Part shown: in pieces, positions 23,055 through 35,642 of the stretch
Position numbering within the stretch: the first letter of the stretch is position 1
Layout of the letters: each line of letters begins with the position of its first letter
Source of the DNA: Euglena gracilis
Taxonomy: Eukaryota
Assembly (NCBI GenBank): GCA_039621445.1
Contig: CP154954.1
Span: 25,246,954-25,310,953, forward strand
Length of the DNA: 64,000 nt
Direction of reading: 5' to 3'
Position numbers and translations under genes: made by a program
The notes under the pieces: generated by a model
What the model was told of the DNA's origin: nothing
The model's input: only the letters and a program-made list of their open reading frames with translations
Databases searched by the model: none

Positions 23055-23328
23055 CAGGCTTCTTTTTAAGGAAGTTCGCACCCCCCCCCCTCCGGGGGGG
23101 CAGGCAAGGGGTAGGGCATTTTCGAGCCCCGGGGGGTTTGGACCGGGCAGTGCTATCACCCCCCCCCCCCGGTGCCAAAGTCGACGGAGGCGGATTTTTC
23201 AGGGCCATTGAAAGGCCATTTTTCAAGAAGGGAGAATTGGCTTGGTCGGCAGGGGTGTGCCTGCTATGGGCAGGTGCCCCATAGCGCAGAGCACCTCACC
23301 GACTGAGATTTGTCTATAAAGAAGCCTG
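23055..23328. mobile_element. Older hAT-type MITE (related sequences at ~2040-2305 and ~6537-6725)
   Basis: TIR CAGGCTTCTTT / AAAGAAGCCTG. Degenerate TSD GGTACAAC/GCTACAGT. The core CAGGCA.G.GGGTAGGGCAT is shared with the other two sites. Confidence 0.6.
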
Positions 23329-24909
23329 GCTACAGTCTAGCAACGGTTGCGGAAAACCATTTTTCGCGTCGGGTTCCCGCCTTTCCCGGGGGCCGCGAGG
23401 GCACCCCTCAGCAATGGCGTGCCCCATCCCGGCCCTCCCCCCGCGGCCCGCCCGGGAACGCCGCCTGCCGCCGCTGCCGCCGCCGCCGCTCACGTGCCCT
23501 CTGCATCTGAGGGTGCCTCTGCCACGCGTCGGTCCCGACAACGGCGGCCAGCCTGTTTAGGCATCGAAGAGTTTGGGTTGGGGTCTGGGCAACCCCAACC
23601 AGGCTTCGTTTGACAGTGCCGGCTTCTCTGTTGACTCAGAAGACCCCACAGGGTGGGCTGAGCCTACCCCTCCCAGAGGAGGGGGTTCGGCTCTGGCTGG
23701 CTGGGGGTTTGGGTGGACAGCTTTGGTATACCACGCCGTAAGTTTCGGGGAAATGGCCAAAACTGATGGGGAATGGGGGTTTGGAGGCCTTTTTTCCCCC
23801 GAGGCCAGGAATTGGGGTTGGGGTTTGAGGGCTTTCAGTTTGATGGCAGACCACCCCCTTCCTGAGCTCCTCGCTGTGCTGGGTGGGCGGAGCCACCTTA
23901 AAAAACAATCACGCATTCATTGCTCTTCGGGCCCCTGTGGGACTGCAGGCCAGCTGAGAGGGTCCAGAGGTGTGCCAGAGGCGTGGGACACTCCCCCGCC
24001 CAACGGGTAATATTGGATCCCAGCCAGATTCGGCCCAGGCAAACCTCTTTTGAACCTCTATTTTCTGGCCCTGGCACCTTTGACACTTCAACGGAGTGCT
24101 CTAGCTCTAGCTCTGGCACTACCCTCTCCAGCCCTTGACCCTCCCCGCTGGGGGGGGGTAAAGAGTTAAAAAAATGCCGATCTGGACTACGCACACAGTG
24201 CAGCCTAAACTTACAGTTGGGGATACAGGTGGATATTATTGTATAATCAGAAAAAGAGGGAAAAGCAACCTTTCATTGAGAAGAATGGAATGATGGGTAA
24301 TGATGGTGATTATCCTAATTTTAACAAAGATGCCTTCAGCAAAAATACCAACTCTAAAATTAAAATGGCCAGAATGGTCTTCTGGAGTCTGGTGGTCTTT
24401 TGTTGCGATAAAGAGTGCCCCAAACGTTCGTTTCATAAACTTTATGTCAAATTTGCGTGCACGTGAGAATGGCGACCCAATGTTTATGGGAATCGTAAAA
24501 TGGACAAAAGATGAAGGGGAAAATGATGGGGAAATCGAGGTTCCCACAAAATTTTTGTCTCTTGTGATGTTCGTCCAGATTGTACGGAGAATATGCACCA
24601 AAAATGAGGGACAGGAAACGTTTTTTTCCCCTTCAGAGAAAAAGGAAAACAGGGTGTTGTCTTGTGTTTGAAACTGATTTTGGGCGTGTGGCTTCTTTCT
24701 CTGCAGGCTTTTGATTGCTCTCATGGGCTAACGTGTCGGCTTTTTCCAGGTGCCTGACGGTTGAAAGAAAACCCGATGCACAGGCGTTTGTCTGCCATCG
24801 CCCTGTTGGGTTGGGGAAAACGCAAAGGGTGCATGAAACGGGCGTGCATGGCGGATTTGTTTGAGCTGAATAAAATGTTTTTTAACTCCACCGCATTTTG
24901 TGTCACCAT

Positions 24910-25282
24910 CAGGGAATTTCTTAAGCCGGAGGGTACCCTACCCCCGGGAGGGGGTCCAGCCAGCCAGCAGCTCAAATCCAGCCAGCAGCCCAAATTCGGG
25001 CTGGGAGCCCCCCCCCCCCAGGGGGGGGTCGACTGAAATAAAGTCGGGTCCAGCCCGGCCGGAGGCCGGGCCAGCCGGCCGAAGGCCGGGCCTGCCGGCC
25101 GCAGGCTGGCCAGCCAACTGGGCTGCCCAGCTCACCTATCCCTGCATTTTTTCCCCTCACCACAGTTTCCTCCATCACAGCCCCCAGCCTTGATCTAGCT
25201 CCATCCACCAAAATGTCGAAAATGGCAAAAATGTGGTAGAAATTTTTGTTTTTCACCTGGGGGGTCCTTAAGAAATTCCCTG
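24910..25282. mobile_element. hAT-type MITE
   Basis: Perfect 16-bp TIR CAGGGAATTTCTTAAG / CTTAAGAAATTCCCTG. Perfect TSD GTCACCAT (24902-24909, 25283-25290). Confidence 0.93.
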
Positions 25283-28200
25283 GTCACCATTATTGTTTGA
25301 ATGGACCATCCCGTTATGTTGGATCAAAATTGCCCCTCACCCTGAACTCCTCCCTTTTTGTGCTTCAACCGTCCTCCTGCCTGCGAACGTGTCCCCCAAA
25401 CGTCGCCCCCGACGCTCCTGCTCAAACTCGTCTCAGGGCGGATCCTTGTGAGGAGATAAAAATTCCTGGCAAGACATTCAAATCCTTGCATCACTTATCT
25501 CAAGCACACCTTCATTTAACCTCGCCTTCCCTTCTGGGGAGTCAACCCCCCAAAAAGTGATACCCCTTACACACCACCTCTAGTGAACGAAACGGAAAGA
25601 TGAGTGGCAATAACTCGAAGAAACTGATTCACAAACTTGTTTTCTGACCAAGAGCAAGGTTATCCAAGAGCAAGGTTATATTGTGAACCTTGAACCATCT
25701 CGGCTTCTCGAAGAATCACAAACTTCTCCAAAACCTTGAAACCTCGAAAAATCTGGAGGGGGTTCCAAAGTGGGCTTAAAATGCAATGAAGCCTTAAATG
25801 GTTTAGGGGGAGGTTAAGGTTGGTCAATTTTTTGCCAATCCTGGCCACCTTTGGCCAATCTGGTAATTGTTGACCATTTTTTCGGCAATTTGTGGTGATT
25901 TTGGTATTTTTGCAATCATTGGCCATTTTTGCAACTTTTTCCGCCGCCTTTGGTCGCTTCGGCTATTTTTCTTTTGGACAAAACCTTGACAAATCTCGAG
26001 GGGGGGTCAAGCATCTCGACTACCTTGGACCCCCTCCCCCAAAGTCAAGATCAAGATCCAACTGAACCAAACGAAATGCCATTCTGAAATAAAAACTTTT
26101 CAATAACCTTGCCTGGGGGTTGCTTTGCAATTAGCCAACAAATTCTTTCATTTAAATACCCCCATTTACAAACCGTGCCTTCGGCCAGCCCAACATCAGT
26201 TTGTACGGAAGCCGGGGGGACTTCTAAGTGGTTTGGAGGTTCAGCTTCAGCAGTCGATCACTCACTTCATGGCGAAGGGCAACCTTATTGAAACCTGGTT
26301 GGCTGACGAGGGTGCTTGGTCACTAAATTCAGACCCCTTCGGTGAGTGCCTCGCCGCACCTCCACTATTCACGTCGTGCACCGTGCAGAAGGCTTGCTTC
26401 CTGGCCTCAAACCGCATTCCTTGCCCCCCCCACCTGCACTGTTTGGGTGAGGAGAGGCCTGTGGCCGGTCTCTCCCCACCCAGGGCTGTCCGCGAGGTCG
26501 ACCACCCCCACCCCATCATGACTGGGGGTTCATCCCCCTCCACCGGACCTTCCCATATTTCGGGGGGCGACTTTTTGGTCAAACTTCTCGTGTTGTGGCT
26601 GGGGGTGGGTCGACGCCCCCACCTACAGCCCTGCTCCACCCTACAACCGACATCTTTCTCTCCTTCCCCCCTCTATCGGCCATCCATTATGGTGTGCAGC
26701 GTTTTGACGGAATGGGAAGCGTTCTGTATCGCCCTTCTATTTTGGAGTGCAGTATGAATCATCTTGCTCATTTTCTTGGGCACAAAAGGGAGAGTCCCCA
26801 AATAAAGAAAAGAAACCCACTTTTCACACATTCCCATCCCTGCAAAGGGGGGGGGGGTAGTGGTTAAATTAGTGCATGTAAACTGACACAAACGAGAACG
26901 TAATGCAAAAGGGGTCAGCATTTTGTGAGTGCTTATTTTTTTTGCAGAGCAAGATAGATTGTGCTTCTGGAGAATTGGGGTTGAACCTAAAACTTTGCTC
27001 CTATTTCTTCATTTTAAGTTTCGAACTTTTTCAGTATTTTCAGAAACACTCCATGTTTTATGGACACAGATTTTTTAACGTGGGTTTATATTTGAGTTCA
27101 TCCCACCGACAACCTTGTGTGGTATACAGATACAGGCTAAAAATGATTCTCAAAGAGATTGCGTCTTTTGGGGAATGATAACATGTACAACGACAAATTG
27201 TTTTATTCGTTTGCCCTGTATTCCTTTTCATTGGTCCACGCCCAAGGAGGGCTTTCCAATGGCCCTTGGGCTGTCGGTAAAATAGGGACATTTGAAAAAA
27301 AATCACAACAAAGACTGAGAAGTCATGCTGGCCACATTGCAACCAGAACCCCTCTGTCCTTGTGAGTGTGGCGAGCAACCACTTGATTATTTGTGATCTG
27401 CAACTGCCATGTGTGTGTGATGGCTGTTTCCCTGGCCATTCATCTGTAGGTTCGTAGACTGTGGACAGTGTCCGTGTCCTTCAATGGCGCGTCCCTTTGG
27501 ATTGGCTCAAAAGAGGCGTTGAAACTCTGCGATGGGGGAAAATTTTGGGAAAATTTTGGTGGCTTCCCAAAAATTGTGTTTCCGCAATTTTTTTCTGGGC
27601 TGTACGTTCAATTTTGGATTTGTCTTGTTTTGCAAAAAAAAATCACAAAAAGACACCCAGAAGGAGACCAATTTTGAAAATTTGTCGCAATTCTTTTAGG
27701 TGCCATTTTTGCAAAAAATTCCATCACAAGTGGGAAAAATCATTACCATTTTCAATCAAACCTGAATTTCCCAATCATCAATTTTCCAAAATGAATAGTT
27801 TCCCATCATTTTTCCCCGTCATTTTTTCTGTCATTTTGTTCCCGTCATTTTTGTCCAGATTGGAAAACTTTTGCCCTTTTTTGCGCTGTTGTGCAAACGG
27901 AGTGACACATTTTGTGTTTCAATCGTTGAGGAGAAAGAGTGAGATTTGCCCTCTTGTTCAGGGGTTTGGGTGGGGTGGTCCCAGCTGAATTTTAAGTGAC
28001 CTCAGGGACATGCCCAAACCTCCTTTTTCCCCCTGATGGCCAGGTTTTGTCGATGCCAGAAATCATGTTTTGTATCCCGGGCATAACTGAAAACACGTGG
28101 AAGACCCGAAAAGGGGGTTTATTGACAAGTGTCCAGACAACTGTTTTTGCGGCAGTGGACCCCTCGTAGTTTTCCCCAAAACTTGTGAAAAAAACAGGCT

Positions 28201-31200
28201 CTCCATTCCTGTTTTCCAAAGTGACAAAAATGCAAAGGAGAGTTTCTGGGAAAGCCTTTTTTTGCCCTCCACACGGACGGCCATTCAGAACCGGAGATGG
28301 GGACCTGGGAAGAATATACACGGTGCACACGTTTGGAAGGTGAGATATCTGGCAGGTGGGGAGAGAAATATAGTGTTGTCGGCTGACAGATCGGCCGAGA
28401 GCTGAGGGCTCCAGGTTCAGCGCTCACGACCGGACAGCGGGGAAGGGCATTAAGGGTCGGGTTGACACAAAGCACACTAGGAAATAATTAGAACGTATAC
28501 AAGAGCCCTTGTTTTCACCGAGGTGTGGAGAACACCAAGTGACTGCCTACTACCTACTTCCCCCCCCCAGATATTGTCGTCCACCCTTTTTTGCCTCTGC
28601 CCTCGTAGGAAACAGTCACAGACCCTTGTTCCTGCTGACCTGTCAGCTATTCTTATGTTTATTTTCCCCCTAATTCTTATTTTTTGAGAATTTTAAATTA
28701 TTCGGTTAAAAATGCATATTTCCTGAGTTGAGAATTTTTTTTTCATTTTCATCCGGCTTCTGAAAGTAAATATGGAAGAAAACCGATTTTCGGATTTTTG
28801 TGTGTGCTGGGTATTAAAAAAACGTAGAAGACTGTAATTATTTTGAAACATATTGCACGATAGCACAAAAGCACGAGTGATTGAAGTTTACAATTGTTTG
28901 CGCAATTTCACGAATAATTTTTTTTTCCTTTCTTTGGCGATTGCTTAAATCACCCGGTTGTTTTATCTCCACTCGGATTAATCTCTGACGTGATCTTTTG
29001 TTTTTTTTTTCCAGAAAAATATCCGCAATTGGGTGGCATCTCCCAGGATCCCCTGACAAACATTTGAAACATCTTTCCCCCCAACATTGGACATTGGACA
29101 GGAGTGAGAATCTGGCGGTTTTTTTAAAAAAAAGTTTCGTGACCCTTGGGGGAGTGGGTGGGTCCCGGCCGAGCCCCACCACCCCCCCCCCCCTCAGGGT
29201 TGGGCCAGGTGGATACCTCGCATGGGTCATCACCATTATTGCTTGAATGGAACATCCCGATAAGTTGGATCGAAATTGCCCCTCACCCTGAACTCTTCCC
29301 TTTTTGTGCTTCAACCGTCCTCCTGCCTGCGAACGTGTCCCCCAAACGTCGCCCCCGACGCTCCTGCTCAAACTCATCTCAGGGCGGATCCTGGGGAGGA
29401 GATAACAATGCCTGGCAAGGCATTCAAATCCTTGCATCACTTATCTCAAGCACACCTTCATTTAACCTCGCCTTCCCTTCTGGGGTTGGATGGGTGGGAG
29501 GGGTTGCAGCCAGGACCAGTCCACCTGGATTTTTTGGCTTTTAAAGTCGTTGGTGAATGGGCCGGCGGGGTGACTGGGTCGACCGCCGCCCAATTGGGCG
29601 GTTGGAGAACCCACCTGTAATAAGCGCCTCTGCAATTTCGAGGTAAAGTCTGATTTTCTGATGGAACAAACAAAAGATCCTCGAGGAGAGGGAGCACAGG
29701 CAACGATATAAGGCACCCCATGGGCACCGTTTATGCCTGTGTAAACCTTTTGCCGCTTGCATCATAAACTGAGGTCTTATTTAGCCGCCTAAGTTAAATG
29801 CCTGACGGGCAGCTCAGTTGACCACAAACTCACAGAGACCACTTAAAAATGTGTTCCCAGGGGATTTCTGTAACATTATCAAACAATGATACTTTTTCTG
29901 AATGGACGCTTATTGTCTGAAACATGCATTTCATGCTGTATAATGCTTGTTAGATTTTTGAAACTTTTCACCAGCAGGAGATGAAGAAGCAACAATTCTT
30001 TCAAAGTTCCTCGTGAGGTTTTTTTTTTTTAGATTGCTCATATTTATTTATGATTGACCGGGAGTGGTTTGGTGAGGTGTGGTTTGTGAATTTTTTGTGC
30101 TGAAGCAGCACACGATTCCACCTTGCACTGTCGTTGTTCAGTTGTCCCGTCGCTTGCATCCACCCTATACCCACCTCCTCGATACAACGACCAGGCCTTT
30201 TCCAAGGTTCCTGGCGATCATATCCACAAATGAATTATCCACCTCTTCTTTTGAACCAATAGATTCTTTTTTTTAAAATGGACATGGCTTCGTTTGGCTT
30301 TAGCATTCAAAACACTCAGGGACTTTGAACGTGGCCTGTAATAATTGTATCTTGCGAGAGAACAAGAGGCCAAGAGCGATGGGCCTTGCTTCCTCTTTGC
30401 AATTCTTTCCCTTTCCCCCCCCCCCTAGGCCCTTGTTTTGCTGCTTTCTGACAGCACCCACACCTAGACAACGTAGCTTTGATGCCCATTTGACCCATAA
30501 CCCCCGAAGACAGTAAAATGACAAAGAAGGAGGACAACATGGGCCGGAATGCTTCATTTGAGGTGACAGCTTTATGCCCCACAGCATGGATGTTCGACGC
30601 ACCTGAGTCCGACAAAAGGCAAATCGGCATGCATCCAGTGAAGAACTGGCTTTAATGTCTGTTTTGCAGACAGACTGAGCTATATTGCTCCGAAAAATCT
30701 GTGTCTGTAAGAATCCATTTTTGGTTCAGACTGTGACACCTCCTTGTAAGCTGATCATTGCTGGCGACAACGACTGACAATCAATATTAATCAGCTTTTT
30801 TCCTCTGACCCAAACTGGGCTGGGAAACTGCCCTCTACCCTCTGTACGCACTGACCTGGTATCTTGACTGGGGGCAATTGGGAATGACCAATCGAGGAAT
30901 GGAAATGTTGGCAGAACGAAATCCCGCCAAACATGTTTCTACCATTTTGGCCAAGGTTGCCAGATTTTGCATATGTTTTTTTGAGAATTTCCAGAAAATA
31001 ACCAATGTTTTCTATTGAAAGAAAAATTGCCAGAACATAATTTGCTATTTTGGTCGAGACCAAGGAAGTTTTTCATCTCAAAATTTTATCCAATTTCCTT
31101 TGGCATCAATCCCCCCTTGTATAGGGTCCTGTCTCCCACCTCTGTGCTCACTGATTTGTCTGGAGCAGTTTCCCACAGGGGTTATGATGATAAATTTGCC

Positions 31201-32061
31201 CACACAAAAGAACAGACGTTGAATTTTATTTTATGGCAAAGTCTCCGCAAATACCAAGGCCTAGAAAGATTTGTCCGGCACATTTCTGTGTCATCTCTGT
31301 TTCCAGCAGACAAATAGCCACATGTATGATAAATCCAGTGTACTGTGTTGTTGCAGCGTTCCCCTTCTCTGATGCTGCTCCCAATATTTGTTTTATTTTT
31401 TCGCTTCATATTATCAGTTTTTAAGCTGCAGGGGACCCCACCCCCTGAGGAGGTCCAGACAGCCAGCATCTTTGTTCCCTGCCAGCAGCTCCTCACAGAG
31501 CCACACTACGGATCCCCCAACCGCCCAACCCTCCCTCCTCCCCCCCAACCAGTGAGCCAGAGCTTTTTTTTATGTAAAAAAAAAGACCCGGGGGTCCCCT
31601 GCCTCACCCCCGGGACACTCCCAACAATTGGGCCGTCGGACAGCATTTCCCAAAGTAGTCCGGTGCTTCGTGCTGAAACCCATACCCGGGCCTGGGGGCC
31701 AGCTCCGGCCGGCTGGCTGGCTGGACAAAAAGTGTTGGCTGGACTCTGGGGGTTGGGGGCAGGCTTTGGCATAAGGGCAGGTGGAGGGTCGGGGGGTTGG
31801 ACCCCCCGGTCCAGCTGGGGAGGATTACTTTGGGACCGCACCACGCTCTCCAGTGTTCCCCTCCTCCCGGACCAATCCAACCACAGACACTGCCACCATA
31901 TACCTTTGAGGACCCCCACCCCCCTCTGCCGATACGAGTCACCCCAGATTGTACTTATCTCGCTGCACTCGTCACCTTCCTTGCTGCGCCCCCGCCCCCC
32001 CAAGCGTCTCGCAGCAACGGTTCCTGCTTACATGACTGCCGTTGCTGCCCATTGAAAAGTG

Positions 32062-32424
32062 CCCCCCCAAGCCCAATGAATACCCTTGCCCACTGAACAG
32101 GGGGTGTTCGGACCGTCTAGATTTTCACCAAATCAGATATGATTTTTTTGCTCGGCAAGGCAGTATTCCTTTGTTGCCTGTCCTCTTTTTACAGATGTGT
32201 CTTCCCAGTTTTCTTTGGTGGTAATGTTTCCGTTTGACCATCTGAAAACAAACGGATATGCATTTCCCATTGCATTATTGATCGAATATGCGTGCACTGT
32301 TTATGCACGCTTCAAGGTTACACTGAGAAGGTGACAGAATTAGTGAACACGTCCAATGAACGCCCCTTGTTCGGACCGTCTAGATTGTCACCTTGGTGTT
32401 CATTGGGCTTGGGGGTGGGGGAGG
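32062..32424. mobile_element. Poly-C-TIR MITE at a TA site (duplicated copy at 39212-39574)
   Basis: TIR CCCCCAAGCCCAATGAA(T/C)ACC / GGTGTTCATTGGGCTTGGGGG. The empty site GAAGTAACAACC is present in the paralogous copy at ~46701. Confidence 0.88.
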
Positions 32425-32471
32425 TAACAACCTGAAGAAACTGATTCACAAACTTGTTTTCTGACCAAGAG

Positions 32472-33070
32472 CAAGGTTATATTGTTAACCTTGAACCATC
32501 TCGACTTCTCGAAGAATCTCAAACTTCTCGAAAATCTTGAAACCTCGAAAAATCTGGAGGGGGGTACAAAGTGGGTTTAAAATGCAAAGAAACCTTAAAA
32601 GGTTTGGAAAGGGGTTGAGTTTGCCCTGTTTTGTCATTCCTTGCCACGTGGTAATTGTTGACCAGTTTTTCGGCAATTTGTGGTCATTTTTGGTATTTTT
32701 GCAACAACAACAACCAGTAGCCATTTTTGCAACTTTGGCTTTCTTGGGCGTTTTTGCTCACTTGGAGCCATTTTTGGGCATTTTTGACCGCCTTTGGCTA
32801 CTGCTTGCTGCCTCTGGCTCCTGAAGCCCGCTTCTGGCTGTCGTTGGAAGCTCTTGACTGTTTTCCACTGCTTTTTGGTCCGTTTTGAGCACCTTTTCCG
32901 CCGCCTTTGGTCGCTTCGGCCATATCTCTTTTGGACAAAACCTTGACAAATCTCGAGGGGGGGTCAAGCATCTCGACTACCTTGGACCCCCTCCCCCAAA
33001 GTCAAGATCAAGATCCAACCGAACCAAGCGAAATGCCTTTCTGGAGAAAAAAAACTTTTCAATAACCTTG
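32472..33070. mobile_element. Old CAAGG-terminated element present in every tandem unit
   Basis: CAAGGTTATATTG...CAATAACCTTG inverted ends. Interior of degenerate TTTTGGC repeats. TSD decayed. Confidence 0.5.
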
Positions 33071-35368
33071 CCTGGGGGTTGTTTTGCAATTAGCCAAACA
33101 ATTCTTTCAATTAAATTCCCCCATTTACAAACCGTGCCTTCGGCCAGCCCAACATCAGTTTGTACGGAAGCCGGGGGGACTTCTAAGTGGTTTGGAGGTT
33201 TAGCTTTAGCAGTCAATCGCTCGTCTGAAGACGAAGGGCAACCATATTGAAACCTGGTTGGCTGACGAGGGTGCTTGGTCACTAAATTCAGACCCCTTCG
33301 GTGAGTGCCTCGCCGCACCTCCACTATTCACGTCGTGCAGAAGGCTTGCTTCCTGGCCTCGAAGCGCATTCCTTGCTCCCCCCCACCTGCACTGTTTGGG
33401 TGAGGAGAGACCTGTGGCCGGTCTCTCCCCACCCCAGGGCTGTCCGCGAGGTCGACCACCCCCACCCCATCATGACTGGGGGTTCATCCCCCTCCACCGG
33501 ACCTTCCCATATTTCGGGGGGCGATTTTTTTGGTCAAACTTCTCGTGTTGTGGCTGGGGGTGGGTCGACGCCCCCAGACCTTCCCGTACAGCCCTGCTCC
33601 ACCCTACAATCGACATCTTTCTCTCCTTCCCCCCTCTATCGGCCATCCTATCTATTATGGTGTGCAGCGTTTGGACGGAATGGGAAGCGTTCTGTATCGT
33701 TTTTCTCGTCATTCTATTTTGGATTGCAGTATGAATCATCTTGCTCATTTTCTTGGGCACAAAAGGGAGAGTCCCCAAATAAAGGAAAGAAACCCACTTT
33801 TCACACATTCCCATCCCTGCAAAGGGGGGGGTAGTGGTTAAATTAGTGCATGCAAACTGACACAAACGACAACGTAATGCAAAAGGAATCTGCAGAGCAA
33901 GGTATATTGTGCTTCTGGAGAATTGGGGTTGAACCTAACACTTTGCTCCTATTTCTTCATTTTAAGTTTCCAACTTTTTCAGTATTTTCAGAAACACTCC
34001 ATGCTTTATGGACACAGGTTTTATAAAGTGGGTTTATATTTGAGTTCATCCCACCGACAACCTTGTGTGGTATACAGATACAGGCTAAAAATGATTCTCA
34101 AAGAGATTGCGTCTTTTGGGGAATGATAACATGTACAACGACAAATTGTTTTATTCGTTTGCCCTGTATTCTTTTTCATTGGTCCACGCCCAAGGAGGGC
34201 TTTCCAATGGCCGTTGGGCTGTCGGTAAAATAGGGACATTTGAAAAAAAAATCACAACAAAGACTGAGAAGTCATGCTGGCCACATTGCAACCAGAACCC
34301 CTCTGTCGTGTGGCGAGCAACCACTTGATTATTTGTGATCTGCAACTGCCATGTGTGTGTGATGGCTGTTTCCCTGGCCATTCATCTGTAGGTTCGTAGA
34401 CTGTGGACAGTGTCCGTGTCCTTCAATGGCGCGTCCCTTTGGATTGGCTCAAAAGAGGCGTTGAAACTCTGCGATGGGGGAAAATTTTGGGAAAATTTTG
34501 GTGGCTTCCCAAAAATTGTGTTTCCGCAATTTTTTTCTGGGCTGTACGTTCAATTTTGGATTTGTCTTGTTTTGAAAAAAAAAATCACAAAAAGACACCC
34601 AGAAGGAGACCAATTTTGAAAATTTGTCGCAATTCTTTTAGGTGCCATTTTTGCAAAAAATTCCATCACAAGTGGGAAAAATCATTACCATTTTCAATCA
34701 AAGCTGAATTTCCCAATCATCAATTTTCCAAAATGAATAGTTTCCCATCATTTTTCCCCGTCATTTTTTCTGTCATTTTGTTCCCGTCATTTTTGTCCAG
34801 ATTGGAAGCTTTTGCCCTTTTTTGTGCTATTGTGCAAACGGAGTGACACATTTTGTGTTTCAATCGTTGAGGAGAAAGATTGAGATTTGCCCTCTTGTTC
34901 AGGGGTTTGGCTGGGGGTGGTTCCAGCTGAATTTTAAGTGACTTCAGTGACATGCCCAAACCTCCTTTTTCCCCCTAATGGCAGGTTTTGTCGATGCCAG
35001 AAATCATGTTTTGTGTCCCGAGCATCACTGAAAACACGTGGAAGACCCGAAAAGGGGGTTTATTGACAAGTGTCCAGACAACTGTTTTTGCTGCAGTGAA
35101 CCCCTTGTAGTGTTCCCCAGAACTTGTGAAAAAAACAGGCTCTCCATTCCTGTTTTCCAAAATGACAAAAATGCAAAGGAGAGTTTCTGGGAAAGCCTTT
35201 TTTTGCCCTCCACACGGACGGCCATTCAGAACCGGAGATGGGGACCTGGGAAGAATATACACGGTGCACACGTTTGGAAGGTGAGAGATCTGGCAGGTGG
35301 GGAGAGAATTACAGTGTTGTCGGCTGACAGATCGGCCGAGAGCTGAGGGCTCCAGGTTCAGCGCTCAC

Positions 35369-35642
35369 GACCGGACAGCCATTAAGAGTCGGGGGTGGAA
35401 GACGCGCAGAAGGACCTTTTTCAGCAGGCATCAGGAGGAAAGTTGGTGATCCATCTTCGTCGGGAAAAACAAAGGTGCATTTGCCATTTACTGGGATGTT
35501 GATACGGTGTAAGTGCTTGCACAATTGCTCTAAGAAGTAATGTACACCCTCATCTTCACAGGAAATGAGGTTCAGAAATTCTGTCAGCCGGCTGGCAGGA
35601 TCCACTGCAGGAGACTGGATACACGCTTTGACACAAAGCACA
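35369..35642 (-). CDS. Candidate exon of an unidentified multi-exon gene or pseudogene in the tandem unit
   Basis: Acceptor TTATTTCCTAG|, open protein-like frame VLCVKACIQSPAVDPASRLTEFLNLISCEDEGVHYFLEQLCKHLHRINIPVNGKCTFVFPDEDGSPTFLLMPAEKG..., and candidate donor |GTGAGC. Mostly deleted in copy 1 (~28460). Confidence 0.5.
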